From positions 7,194,001 through 7,258,000 of the forward strand of contig CM075991.1 of NCBI GenBank assembly GCA_038087875.1: DNA of 64,000 bases. Direction: 5' to 3'. Positions 24,488 to 37,172 of this stretch are shown here, piece after piece; the first letter of the stretch is position 1, and each line of letters begins with the position of its first letter. A program made the translations under genes and the position numbers. Below the pieces are notes generated by a model. The model had not been told where the DNA came from. It was given only the letters and a program-made list of their open reading frames with translations, and searched no databases. This DNA comes from Malacoraja senta (lineage: Eukaryota).

Positions 24488-25214
24488 GTCTTGGTCGACT
24501 GGGGATCCAGTGCAGTGGTGAAGATTTGCCATTTTGCCAAAAGTCTCGCACTTCTCAGGAGACGTTTACATGGGGATCTCGTCTGCCTGTTTGAGTCACT
24601 CGGTTGAATGCTAAATACCCCCAAATTGCCGTGAGAATAAATGTACAAAAATCTCCTTAACTGGAACCGTTACCGAAGCAAAACAGATGAAAATTGCCAT
24701 GCATCTTATTAATGTCTGTGTGATTGTACTGCAATTAACATGGCTGCTCTATTTAGCAATACAACAATTAGGGTAAAGCATTTCTTGTGCAGATGGGCAT
24801 GTTAAAGCAATTGATAAAAATTACTCTGACTATCTCGTAAATAAAACCAGATCCTTTTGACACTTTTCCTTTCTAAATCTCCTTCAATGTATTTGCTAAA
24901 CACTGTATTGTGAAGGATTATAGGGAGAGCAGGGAAAACCTGGGTGTAGAGGGTGATGAGGTATCGGACACAGATTATGATTCATGGCTTCTCATATCGT
25001 AGCCTAACATTCCTCTGAGTCTTTGTCCTGACAGATAGTTTCAGTCAGACACTGGTAAAAATTATAGGCAGGAGGGGAGTTGAACTTTGTACAAGTTATA
25101 AAATGGTTTGCTGTGTCTCAGAGGAAAACCCCGCCAGCTAATTGGCGTTAGATCTGGGATATAACAACATCTGTGATCCGTGTGAATGTAGTGGCTGTTC
25201 AGAATCCTTGGTGG

Positions 25215-25885
25215 AACACAGAACAAAACAACACAGGAATGGCCCCTTTGGCCCACGCTGTTGGTGTCAAATATGATGCCAAGTTAAATATGATCTCATC
25301 TGTCTGCACGTGATCCATATCCCTGTATTCTCAGCACTTCCATGTGTCTCTAAAAGCCTCTTAAACGCCAATATTGTTTCTACCACCACCACCCCTGGCA
25401 ATGTTTTCCAGCCCTGCGTTACTCTCTGTGTAAAAAAACTTGACCCACATATCTCCTTAAATGACCTGTATTTTCCTCTCTCACTTATAGCTACGCCCCC
25501 TAGTGTTGGCAATTTCCACCCTGGCTGTCTCCCCTAACTACTCCTCTCATAATTCTGCATACAAATGTATGTGTATACAAGTGCACTCTAAAGAAATGCT
25601 TACATGAGTGTATAGACTTGTGTGTACAAGTGAAGGAGTGGGAAGCAGTTTATACAATAGACAATAGACAATTGACAATAGGTGCAGGAGTAGGCCATTC
25701 CGCCCTTCGAGCCACCATCGCCATTCAATGTGATCATGGCTGATCATCGCCAATCAGTACCCCGTTCCTGCCTCCTCCCCATATCTACTGACTCCGCTAT
25801 TTTTAAGAGCCCTATCCAGCTCTCTCTTGAAAGCATCCAGAGAACCTGCCTCCAGCGCCCTCTGAGGCAGAGAATTCCACAGACA
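25215..25885 (-). mobile_element. Two CR1 3' fragments (~25215-25530 and ~25655-25885)
   Basis: FFTQRV..W..LP and WNSLPQRALEAGSLDAFKRELD translations; tattgtc tail. Confidence 0.75.
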
Positions 25886-26510
25886 CACAGATCCACGTAA
25901 AGTGTATCTCATTTTTTTCTCCTTACCACTTCTTCTCTCCCATGTCACATTCTACGGTACCATTTTTGTTTTCTTTTCCACTACCGCCTCTCCCTGGCAT
26001 GACCATTTCCCTGCGAGAAAGAGCTATCCATGTTCTCCAGAGATGCTGTGTGACCCGTTGAGTTACTCCAGCACTTTGTCTCTTTTTTTCTCAGCAGAAC
26101 GGCAGCCCCAGTGAAATCATTGAGAAGAAACAGCTCTCCGCAGATCAATTGGTCGACAGTTTTATTTGATCTAATTAAGTTTTATAAGCATGTAAAATTA
26201 TGCTTTAATTTATTAATAATTTAAGTGAATATTTTTGCTTTAATTTTATGCTTTAATTTATACATTTTTAAAAATATTTTACTTTTTTTAATCCTTTGGT
26301 GTGTTTTTGAATATTGGCGATTGCGTGAACATTCTTCTCAGCTTTCTCAGCCGGTTCATCTGGGGATGTTTGCTCATTGGCTGTCTAAATGCCTCTTAAT
26401 TGACTACATACTGGGACAGGGCCTCAAATAGCAGCTGGTCTTCCAACACAAGGCAGGAGTTGGAAGAAACTGTGCTCCAACGGCACTCTGTTGGCAGAAG
26501 ACATTGTCCG

Positions 26511-26899
26511 TTTTTGTTGTTTTTTTTTTTGTTTTTTTTGTTTTAATTTTTATTTATTAGAAGTACATTACATTACAACCACATACATTAATACTCGTCA
26601 TTTGTATCTTCTTACAATTAATGTACTCCCTTTATTTTTTTTTTTACACTAGAAAAGGAAAAGATTGAAAGAAAGAAGAAAGTGAAGGAAAAAGTGAAAG
26701 TGTAGAAAAGTGTAGAAAATGTAACAACAGAAAAGGACGAAGACCCTATAAGAGCGAAATTAAAAACTAAAAAAAAAAAGTTAAGAGATAGGCCCTAGGA
26801 AAAAAAAGAGAAAGAGAGGAAAAAAGAAAAAAATATATATATATATTTTTTGAGTATTACGTAAATAGGACATACCAACTCTTCAACTATCATCCCCCC
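26511..26899 (-). mobile_element. 5'-truncated L1 3'UTR copy, same family as 1-4466
   Basis: Reverse complement of ~4094-4466 including the degenerate poly(A). Confidence 0.9.
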
Positions 26900-27079
26900 A
26901 GTTCAGTGATAGAGTGTGGAAACAAGCCCTTTGACCCTTTGACCCACCGAGTCCGTGCCGATCAGCGATCCTCGCACGCTAACAGACTTCAGATGCTGGA
27001 ATCTGATCAAAGACAAACTGCAGGAAGGACTCAGTGGGTCAAACGACATTTGTGAAGGTAAAGATGCAGGGTCTCAACC

Positions 27080-27387
27080 CTTTAGATTTTTTTGAGATAC
27101 AGCGCAGAAACAGGCCCTTCGGCCCACCGAGTCCGCACTGACCAGCGATCACCCCATACATTAACATTATCCTACACACACTAGGGACAATATCATTATA
27201 CCAAGCCTATCAACCTATCAACCTGCACGTGTTTGGAACGTAGGAGGAAACTGGAGCATCCGGAGAAAACCCACGCAGGTCACGGGGAGAACGTACAAAT
27301 TCCGTACTGACAGCCCCCGTGGTCAGGATCGAACCCGGGACTCTGGCGCTATAAGGCAGCAACTCTACCACTGCGCCACCGTGCCGC
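27080..27387 (-). mobile_element. V-SINE (HE1-like)
   Basis: Head, V-domain, tail. Confidence 0.85.
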
Positions 27388-27751
27388 TCACATTGTAAAA
27401 ATATCAAATGCTGTCCATGGCACCTCTACCTCGCTATTTGTGGTTCAATGGTTTCTTCATTATCACATGCACCAAGATACAGTGAGGTTCTTATTTTGCA
27501 TACAGATCATTACCATACATGAGGACAATCCCCGGTGAAACAGCCCACTGAGTCTATATGCAATAGTCGCCAGGTTTTGGCACCATTTCACAGTCCCAAC
27601 TGCAGCTGGCCATAAAGGCCCATTACAGCCCTCACCTCCAGCCTGTCATCCCATCAATCATCATCCTCCCCCCTGCCAGGTCATCTTCAAACTTTGTGCC
27701 CCGGGGACGCGTCCTGCAGCCGACCTTGAGTGGCGCGGAAGGTAAGTTTGA

Positions 27752-27955
27752 GGGCGGCATGTTGGTGTAGCGGTACAGCACCAGACACCCGGGATCGATC
27801 CTGACTATGGGTGCTGTCTGTACGGAGTTGGTTTTTTCCGGATGCTCCGGTTTACTTCCACACTCCACAGACATGCTGTTTTGTAGGTTAATAGGCTTCC
27901 GCTGGGCTGAAGGGCCTGTTTCCACACTGTATCTTTCAAGTTTAAAGTTTAAAGT
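27752..27955 (+). mobile_element. Internally deleted V-SINE
   Basis: Head and tail present, core shortened. Confidence 0.7.
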
Positions 27956-29037
27956 AAGACCTTCCTAGTTCTTCCTATCGTCCCTTGTCCAACGTCTGCC
28001 ACCAATGCTGAATCTCTCCACCTCCTCTCCGGTTCCCGGTCTTCGGAGCGAGCAGGGGTTGGGCTCAGCGGCTTCCCGCTCCTGGTTCCGAGGGGACGAG
28101 CCAGGCCTGATACCAGGGTCTGGCAGCGGCTTGCCCCCGGGAACTTCTGCCACTCATGCCGGGATCCGACACTGAATGAAGACATTCAGATGACATAGAA
28201 GGAAGATATTCAGTCCATTAGATCTCTCCGCCAGCTACCAGCACACAATCCCATTCACCTCAGTTCCTTCTGATCTACCACAATTCCCCTCGATTATCCC
28301 GCCACCCATCCGCACATGGAGTTTACAGTGGCCCATTAATCACTGGAATGCCTTTGGGATAGGGGAGGAAATGGGAGCACACAGTGGAAACCAATGTGAT
28401 CACAGGGGCAACATAAAGACACTGCCAAGATCAGGATCAAACCTGGGTGACTGGATAAAAAGCCACAAAGTGGTGGAGTAACTCAGCAGGTCAGGCAGCA
28501 TCTCTGGAGAACATGGATGGGTGACGTTTTTGGTTGGGAATCAGCCACATTGACTCTTTGAAAGAGCAACCCAGGGTCTCATTCCCTCATAAGTTTCTAA
28601 TAAACATGCAATTCATTTTTTTTAAAGCCACTTTTGAAATGGTATACCCCAGCTTTTCAATTCGGAGCATTTCCCACTGATAACAAACAGCAGTTTTGCC
28701 TGTTTATATAAATCTGTGGTTCTTTCCAGTGGCAATGGTCTTTCTTTACTTACTTTATCCAGTTTTTGAATAACTTTGAATTTTTTTAATTGATTTTTCC
28801 TTTACCTTCTCTGCTAAAACAAGAACATTTCCACTTTCTCTAGTCTTTCCACGTGGCCTGATTAAAATACTTCATCCTTGGTACATCCCAGTGAATCCTT
28901 CATCCTTCGTACATCCCAGTAAATCTTCTTTGGATCACATACCTGACATCTTTTCTAAACTCTGGTGTCCAAAAATGGACAGCTGAAGTAAAATCACTGA
29001 TTGATAATAATTTATTCAGTGGTACCAATAAATCTGG

Positions 29038-29091
29038 GGGGTGGGAGATTGAAACCTTCACATGGTCTGCCCTGTTTCGACAAATGCAATC
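29038..29091 (+). ncRNA. HDV-like ribozyme, minimal P4, decayed copy
   Basis: P1 GGGGUGG/CUGCCCU, P2 GAUUGAA/UGCAAUC (one mismatch), P3 ACC/GGU, L3 UUCACAU, J4/2 CAAA. Confidence 0.7.
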
Positions 29092-29178
29092 AACCCGGCG
29101 TGCACAATCAAATAAGATCAAATAGAACAAGTTGTCCTGCAACTTTAGGCTGTGCACGCCATAGGCAAGGAGAAGAAG
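29038..29178 (+). mobile_element. Ribozyme-headed short retroposon, family A, copy 1
   Basis: 11-bp TSD aataaatctgg (29027-29037, 29179-29189); (GAA)n tail; homologous to 47753-47891. Confidence 0.85.
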
Positions 29179-30442
29179 AATAAATCTGGAAATCAAATGG
29201 AGTTTGGAATTCTGAAGATACAGTGTTCATCACTTGCAACATGCAGATGCACAGGAGACAGAAATCTCTGCTGTAGCCTAGGATCTTGCTGAAGGGAGTG
29301 GGGCAGATTTTGTGGTGTGTGAGAGGCTTATAGATAGACACATGGATACAGGGAATTGAGGGATGTGGATTACATGCAGGCAGAGAGGATTCGTTTAAAT
29401 TGGCATTACGTCCTCACAGTCTCACAAACTCCCCCCCCCCCTGATTCTCCACTGTCCCCGGCACAAGGGGAGATATATGGAAGCGCATGAACCTGCCACA
29501 CAGCGTTTTTGGATTGTGGGTGTACCCTGAAGGAACTGGTCACAAGGAGGTCGGGATTGAACCTGGGATGTTGGCACTCCGAGGCAGCAGCTCCGTGCTG
29601 ACCTGCTGTGCCAGGCAATTCCCGTTCAATAAACAGAAACGGAAGAATTTGAACTGGTCATTTTAGAATTTGCAGTTCCTTGTTTTCTACAAGCGAGAAA
29701 ACAAGTTTTAGAATTTGAACTGGTCATTTTCATTCTGGCAGTTTAAGAAATCATGAAGCAGGTTGTAACAGTTTAATCCAGTAAAGTGTTAAAGTTGGGG
29801 ATGAGGGATCAGCAGGGATGGAGGGAGTAGTGGAACTAAACAAAACTAAATTATGAATCCCCCAAGTGAAGTCGAAAGAAGGATACTTTGGCCCAAACAT
29901 CATTTCCCTCCACAGATGCCACCTGACCCAATGAGTTCCTCCAGCAGTTTCTATTTTAAACAATACCCCTGAGTCCAACCTTAAGACCCCAAGCTATAAA
30001 GACAAATCTACGAACATGCACCAACTTCATGACCTCAGTACCAATCCCAAAGCATTTTCTGAAAGATGTGAAAAATGTGTTCTTTCACTTAAAGGTTTTA
30101 GTAGTGTTGAGAGGCAAGTGATAATGCCCAAGGCCTTATGAAGGCACGGATTTTTTTAGGCCAATATTTGTATTAAAGGATTGTCAAACAAATTTATTAA
30201 TAGTGCATCTACTGACAATGTAAATAATAATTCAAGTTGATCATTGGCATAATGTATGCCTGATCTAGATGTTTAAAGTATAAATTATACACTGTTCTTT
30301 AAAAATGTTGCTTCAGGATTATTAATGCTTTTCCTATGCAGGGTGCAATCCTATAACATTTACCACATCACTGCATTTGTCTTTAGTTTTCCCTGTTTGA
30401 TAAACTGCCTTATAAGATGAAAAAGCCCTTGGTTTTGACTCT

Positions 30443-30758
30443 GTTTAGTTTAGATCAGAGATACAGCGCGGAAACAGTTCCTTCGGCCCACCGAGGCCGC
30501 ACTGACCAATGATCCCCGCACATTAACAATATCCTACACACACTCGGGACAATTTACGCTTATACCAAGCCAATTAATCTACTTGGAACTGTCTCTGGGT
30601 GTTGGAAGAAACCGAATATCTCTGAGAAAAGCCACGTGTTCACGGGGAGAACGTACAAAGTCCGTACAGGCAGCACCCGTAGACGGGATCTAACTCGGGT
30701 CCCTGGCTCTGTAAGCTCTGTGAAGCAGGAGCTCTACCGCAGCGCTACTGTACCGCCC
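30443..30758 (-). mobile_element. V-SINE (HE1-like)
   Basis: Head, V-domain, tail. Confidence 0.8.
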
Positions 30759-30939
30759 ATGATTGTTAAAAATCTATTTCACAGTGGAATAAAATCAACT
30801 TTTAATTGTAATAGAATTAAACAGAAAAAAACAGTGTTCATATGGAATTCAGCAGGTCAGGCAGCATCTGCTGATAAATAAGCAGGGATAACATTTCAGA
30901 TTGTAGGTCCATGGTCACAGTTAGGTAAGAGTGAAAACA

Positions 30940-31152
30940 GAAAAAGACACAAGACACTGAAGTAACTCAGCGGGTCAGGCAGGATCTCTAGAGAACTAAG
31001 AGAGATGACATTTTGACGTTTCTGAAGAAGGGTCCTGGCCCAAAACATCCACTATCCATGTTCTCCAGGGATTCTGTCTGACCCGCTGAGTTACTCCGGC
31101 ACTTTGTGTCCTTTTTTGATAAACCAGAATCTGCAGTTCCTTGTGTTCTACA
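30940..31152. mobile_element. Palindromic Penelope-derived element
   Basis: Arms agtaactcagcgggtcag / ctgacccgctgagttact around ctgaagaagggtcctggcccaaaac. Confidence 0.7.
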
Positions 31153-32141
31153 AGCGAGAAAACAAGTTTGTTGTAAGTTGCAGTGAGAGTTGGTGACGAT
31201 AGATAGGTTGAGGTCAGGGTTGTAGTGGTGATAAGCTGCTGTTGAAGCCATCTGGCTGATTGGTTTCATGAGGAAAGTTGAGAAGAGAAGAACACAAAGA
31301 AATATGTTAAAACAGAATTGAAGAGCAGAATTGTATTGGAAAGGAAAATGTTGTTGCCATTAGCGTGGAATAACCTGCAGCAGAACTGGCTGGTTCGAAT
31401 GCAAAGAGAGATAACTCATTCAACTCAGCAGCTCAAGCAGCATCTGTGGAGGGGATTGACAGACAACATTTCAACCCTTTCTCCAGACTGATGGAACAGG
31501 GGGAAGAAAGCTAGAAAACAGAGGTGGGCGTAGGACAAAGCCTGCCAAGTGTAGGCGGATACAGGTGGGAAGTGGATGATTGGCAGATGGGTGGAGTAAC
31601 GAAAGCTTGAGCTGGAATTGACACAAACAGGTATCAAATGAGGAAGAGGAGGAGTGAAATGTAAAACTAGGAGGGAAATGGTGAAAGGGACAGGAAAATG
31701 GGGATGAGTGGGGTGGGTAGCGAGTTACCTGATATTGATGAATTCAATATTAAGTCCAGAAGTGTGCAAAATTCCCCCATGGAAGATGAATTGTTGTTCC
31801 TCAAGCATCATAGAAAACGTGCAGCCGGCTCTCAATATTCATGATACCCCTTTTGTTCTATCTCTTTATAGTCATGTATGCACTGCACAGTGAAATTCTT
31901 TTTGCATAGCTCACACAGGCACAAGTCACCATATTTTGGCGCCATTTACAAAAGTCCAAAGTGCTCGATGTCCTGGAGTGGCTCCTGATCCAGTGGAGTT
32001 CGCACGTTCTCCCTGCGAACGGGCGGGTTTCCTCTGGGTGCTTTGGTTTCCTCGCGCATCCCAATGATGTACGGGTTTGTAGGCTAATTGCCCTTTAGTG
32101 CAGGGAGTGGATGAGAAAGTGGGATTACATAAGAACATAAG

Positions 32142-33013
32142 TGTAACCTGGGATTACAAGTAACATCAGATCTGAACTGGACTTTGAACACTGCCGCAAC
32201 AGTGAAAAAAGCCCAGCAGAGATTGTACTTCATCAGGCTGCTCAGAAAAGCTGGTCTGCATTGTCGCCCTCTCACCCAGGTCTACAAAGGACTGATAGAG
32301 AGCATCCTCACCACAGGCATCACGGTGTGGTATGGAAACACCACACAGACAGAGAGGAAGGCTCTGCAAAGAGTCATAAATACTGCAGAGAGGATTATCA
32401 GAACGGAACTTCCCTCCATGGAAACAATCTACACACAGCGCTGTCAAAAAAGAGCAGAGGGAATCATCAGAGACACACTACATCCAGCTCACTCCCTGCT
32501 CAAACACAAAAACTGCACATACAACCTCAGGCACAGACGAGCGGACAGCATCGATGAAGAAGGGTTTCGGCCCGAAACTTTACCTATTTCCTTCGCTCCA
32601 TAGATGCTGCTGCACCCGCTGAGTTTCTCCAGCATTTTTGTGTACCTACGCTTTTTCAAGAGCTTCTTCCCTGCCACAGTGAAACTCTTGGCCAAAACAA
32701 AATGAACTGATGTCCTGACCCACCTCATAACATATCATATTATATTGTCTCCTGGGCCTTTGCAATTTACAATGCAATCGACACTTTTATATAGGGTTTG
32801 TGTAATTTACAATGCTCTTCACTTCCCCTTATATAGGGTTTTAGGCACTTTCTTTTTTTATTTCTAGAGAAGTTTATGTTTTTATAGATTATGTGTCTTT
32901 CTGTGTGTCGTTTTAACTTGACTTGACTTGACTCTCTGAACAACCGCACAAGAGTTCCTATGTGTGTAAGCACAAATGGCAAATAACGTTTTTGGATTTT
33001 TTTTGATTTTGAG
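32142..33013 (+). mobile_element. Rex1/Babar 3' fragment inserted in a V-SINE and interrupted by a Penelope fragment (~32553-32650)
   Basis: KKAQQRLYFIRLLRKAGL..IESILTTGITVWYGN..ALQRVINTAERII..LPS; SINE pieces at ~31990-32140 and ~33015-33105. Confidence 0.85.
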
Positions 33014-33154
33014 TGTGAATGGGTTATCAATAGTCAGTGTGGACTTGGTGGGCTGAAGGGTCAGGTTCCATGCTGGATCTCTAAACTAAATTAAATTAAA
33101 CTAAATTCTGTCATATTTTAAACACCCTTCCATTTTAAACATCCTGTCATCTTC

Positions 33155-33398
33155 AATTCAGTTTAGTTTATTGTCACGTGTACCGAGGGAGAGTGAAAAG
33201 CTTTTGTTGCGTGCTATCCAGTCAGCAGAAAGACAATACATGATTGCAATCGAGCTATTCACAGTGTATAGATACATGATAAGGTAATAACGTTTAGTGC
33301 AAGGTAAAGCCAGCAAAGTCCTATCAAGGATAGTCCGAGGGCCACCAAAGAGGTAGATGGTAGTTCAGCACTGCTCTTTGGTTGTGGTAGGATGGTTC
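33155..33398 (-). mobile_element. Rex1/Babar-type 3' tail
   Basis: Closely similar to 43047-43295. Confidence 0.75.
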
Positions 33399-34704
33399 AA
33401 AGGCCTCTTCATACATCCAAGCAACACATTTCCTGCATTATCATCTGCTTGTGAGCACGAAACATGGAGCAATGTGTAAATAACAGAGATAGATGTTAGA
33501 GCAAACATGTTAACAATTGATGACCAACCATTGCAAACCGGAGTGTTATCCTCCTTGCAACCATCCAATGCAAGTTGCAATTGCAACCTCTACACTTCCT
33601 GTTCAGTGCTGTTTTTCCAGGCAATACATGAAAGGATCTGGTTTGATATTTCTCAGGGCGGGCACAAAACGTATGGCATGAGTAAATAACAAGAATGCCA
33701 AATACGATTGCAAAAGCGAGGTACAGAGAGGGAAATTGCTGCTGTTGACACAAAAAAAAGACGGAAAAGAAAATAATTCCAACAAATTCATGTAGATATT
33801 AAACATTGACTCTGCAAAGTGAATTATTTAAAACAGATGAAATATTAATGCAACAGCAAAAATCAAGATTTTCTTTGCTCTCAACACGTCTTGCCTTTCA
33901 TGCACATTGGTGAAAAATTAGGATTTTTCCAGCATCAAGTAATTTTGTTCAGTTGTCATTTGTTGAAGAATTGATAAGCTCTGCCCATGTTGTTTTGTTT
34001 CTTCGTAAACCGCTTTGTCAATTTTTTATGCTGTCTATTTTAAAGATGAAAATAATTTACAGATCTTGAAGTTTATGCTAAATGCTTTACAACATTTAAT
34101 AGTTGGCGGCTTACAAACACTGATTATTGGCAGAAATATATCACACCTAATGTCATGCATTAATCAGGTTCTCATGTATTTTTAAATGCAATAAATATTG
34201 GCACATTCTCATTATGTTTAATTCATTGTAATGTTTTATTTGTACTGACCCCGAATATAAGTGACAGTACTGTACACCAATTTTGCTAGCAAAGTAAACA
34301 TCGTATACATAAAACTCACCTTCTTTGGAATATGTTTTATTTATCGCAGTCTTGTTTTTTTCATTTTGTGTTTTTTTTCACTTAGTGTGGTGTATTATTC
34401 ATTGCCGTGCAGATTATTTGATACCAAACATGACATCTTCATTTTATTAACTGCTATGTTATCTCTCAAATCATACAAAATGCAGACTAAAATTACAAAT
34501 CGTTCATCAAAAAAAACTTTGCTCTTGCATTTTCACTTTGATTAACTGGATCCGTGCATTGTTTATGACTTGAAGGAGGATATTATGTTTACTTGATTAT
34601 GAGAACGTCATTTGGACCAGAAAAATCCCATTTGTTGGGTGGGGGGGGGGGGGGGGGGGGGGAATCTCTTGTTAAACACAAATAATCCTGCCTTGGGTCC
34701 CAGA

Positions 34705-34915
34705 TCGACAAAAGTGCTGGAGAAACTCAGCGGGTGCAGCAGCATCTGTGGAGCGAAGGAAATAGGCAACGTTTCGGGCCGAAACCCTTCTTCAGACTGA
34801 TGTAGGGTGGGGAGAAGAAAGGAGAAAGGAAGAGGAGGAGCCAGAGGGCTGAGGGAGAGCTGAGAAGGGGAGGAGACAGCAAGGGCTACCGGAAATTGGA
34901 GAAGTCATTGTTTAT
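34705..34915 (-). mobile_element. Penelope-like element 3' end
   Basis: Minus strand: ORF end NNDFSNFR*, pyrimidine tract, hammerhead-like core, conserved tail. Confidence 0.8.
34768..34795 (-). ncRNA. Minimal type I hammerhead-ribozyme-like core (best-preserved copy)
   Basis: CUGAAGA-A-GGGU(UUCG)GCCC-GAAAC-GUU; UUCG-capped stem II, palindromic stem III. Confidence 0.6.
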
Positions 34916-35134
34916 GGCGTCCTGGTGAGTGCTGGAGCTGCTCCTCGTGGCCAAGATGGCGTCGCGGGACTCGGGCAGGCGGCGTGGGCTTTGGCGTCCT
35001 GGAGAGTGCTGGAGCTGCCCCTCGTGGCCATGTTGGGCGTCCTGGTGAATGCTGGGGCCCAGGTCGACAGAAGATAGACACACAGTGCTGGACTAACTCA
35101 GCGGGTCAGGCTGCTGGAGAAAAAGGATGGGTGA

Positions 35135-35340
35135 TGTTTCATCGTGGAAAAAAGGTTCTGACTCTCTACCCTATCTCTGCCTCTCATGAGTTTATATACT
35201 TCTATCAAGTCTCCCCTCAACCTTTGATGCTCCAGAGAAACCAATCCAAGTTTTTCCAACCTCTCTCTCGTGGCTGCAACTCTTGAACCCAGGCAGCATT
35301 CTGATAAACATCCAATGCATCCTCTCCAAAACATCCACAT
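35135..35340 (-). mobile_element. CR1 3' coding fragment
   Basis: ERLEKLGLVSLEHQRLRGDLIEVYK. Confidence 0.8.
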
Positions 35341-36859
35341 CCTCAGATGAAGGCCTCAGCGTGTCAAGCACTATCTTGACAGACAATCAAGTTAATGTTT
35401 TGGGTTGTTGACTGTCTTCCTCAGAATTGGAAGAAGACTGATTTATTGTGGAAAAAACGAATTAAAGTATGTAGAAATGGTTATTAGAAATGTTGACTGT
35501 TGTTTCTTTCCATGGATGCTGTCCGACTGGCTGAGTTCTTCCAGAATTTCTGTTTTGTTTAACTATAGGAAGGGTTGGCGTGGTGAAGAGAATGTCCAGT
35601 TTGTCCAGTGATGAAGCATGGAGATTGAATATAGTTATGTATATTTAATGGATTGAGATGCAATAGTTTGGCCTGTCTGGTCTGATAGTGTACACCTGTT
35701 GATGTGATGTTTAATGCTGTGGGAATGTATGGGGAGTCTGATAACAAATCAAGCAACTTATTGTTTGCTTTGAATTTGTCACCTTCAGCATTAGATATTA
35801 TTTTGAACTACAGGAGTCACCTTTGGAAGAAGGCTTCTTCAAATAACCATGAAAAGATATCTCATGAATGAGCATGAGTTACAAAAATAACCTCAAAATT
35901 GTAAATTGCCCCAGGTGTGTAGGATGGTGTTAGCGTGCGGCTTGGATGGCATGGACTCGTGGGGCCGAAGGGCCTGTATCTGTGCTGTATCTCTAAACTA
36001 AACTGGTCTCGTACCGAAACGTCACCCATTGCTTCTCTCCAGAGGTACTACCTAAGTTACTCCAGCATTTTGTGTCTATCTTCAACAATATTCGACACTG
36101 ATTGCCAGTATGTGGACAAAGTGATTACATATGTTGCCTGGAGTTGGACGATTAATTGAGTTCAGGTTACACAATTTAAGCTGAAATCTAGTGGTTCATA
36201 AAGGAAATCAAGTAATAACATTCATTATAAAAATAACCTGAGGAATTGATTGCAACATGTGTACCCACAGGGATTATTGTGAATTGAATATCTTTGTTGC
36301 TTTGTTTGGCAGCGGATGCTTATTAAATATCAAGGCAATGTACTACCAGTCAATCAACCGTCAACCCTGAGATTTCATAAGGCTGATTTCTAGTCGGAAT
36401 ATGGCTTTTTTTGGGCCAAATTCCTGGACGTCAGAATGTGCTGCAATTGCAACTGCTTCTCACACCTAACACCTTGAATTGTTTTAACCTTGAACTTGAG
36501 GAAAATTGTGGAAGATGCACAGACCTTTTAGATATCACCCGCACAGCTGTCACGTTCACTGACCCTTGCTGTCAAGGAAAGGTCCGGTGGGATTGTCTAT
36601 TCTCTCGCCTTTCAAAGGAAATATGTTATTATGCTGACAATGACACAGAGAGGAAATATGATGACAAATGTCATTATCAGATGGATTCTGATTCTCCAGG
36701 GTGTGTAGGCAATTGTATCAAGGATGTCGTTGAGATGTGGTAATAGAGGTGACCCCGGAATCATAAGTGGTTGACCATCCAACCCGTCAAGGCAGTTGTC
36801 TATGTTGGTTCCTCTTCCATTAGGACCGTAAAGAGCAGAAACTGGTCTTTGCACTTCCC

Positions 36860-37032
36860 TGGCCACACACTCATTTCACCCCTGCCATCGGGGAGAAGGT
36901 ACAGGAGCCTGAAAACTGTAACGTCCAGGTTCAGGAACAGCTTCTTCTCTCCAGCCATTTGGCTGTTAAACACCACAACCTCAAATAAGCTCTGAACTAC
37001 AGACTAATATTGTTATTATTGCACAAATAGTG

Positions 37033-37118
<86 letters not shown>

Positions 37119-37170
37119 TGTGTGTGCGTGCATGTGTGCGTGTGTGCATGTGCGTGTGTGTGTGTGTACG
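36860..37170 (+). mobile_element. Rex1/Babar 3' fragment ending in a (TG)n tract (37030-37170)
   Basis: PGHTLISPLPSGRRYRSLKTVTSRFRNSFF..LLN followed by ~140 bp of TG repeat. Confidence 0.78.
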
Positions 37171-37172
37171 TA

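Noticed and set aside
28870..28926. 28-bp tandem duplication (a similar 17-bp one lies at 52137-52176)
   Set aside because: Ordinary slippage duplications with no further structure.
34641..34662. G22 homopolymer as a G-quadruplex element
   Set aside because: An isolated homopolymer with unreliable length and no supporting context.
34980..35060. gcc-cctcgt-ggc as P3/L3 of another HDV-like ribozyme
   Set aside because: L3 is one base short, P1 needs three G-U pairs and no P2 partner is present.
36411..36743. 110-aa Cys-rich ORF
   Set aside because: Non-ATG start and no recognisable domain or splice context; more likely unique non-coding DNA.
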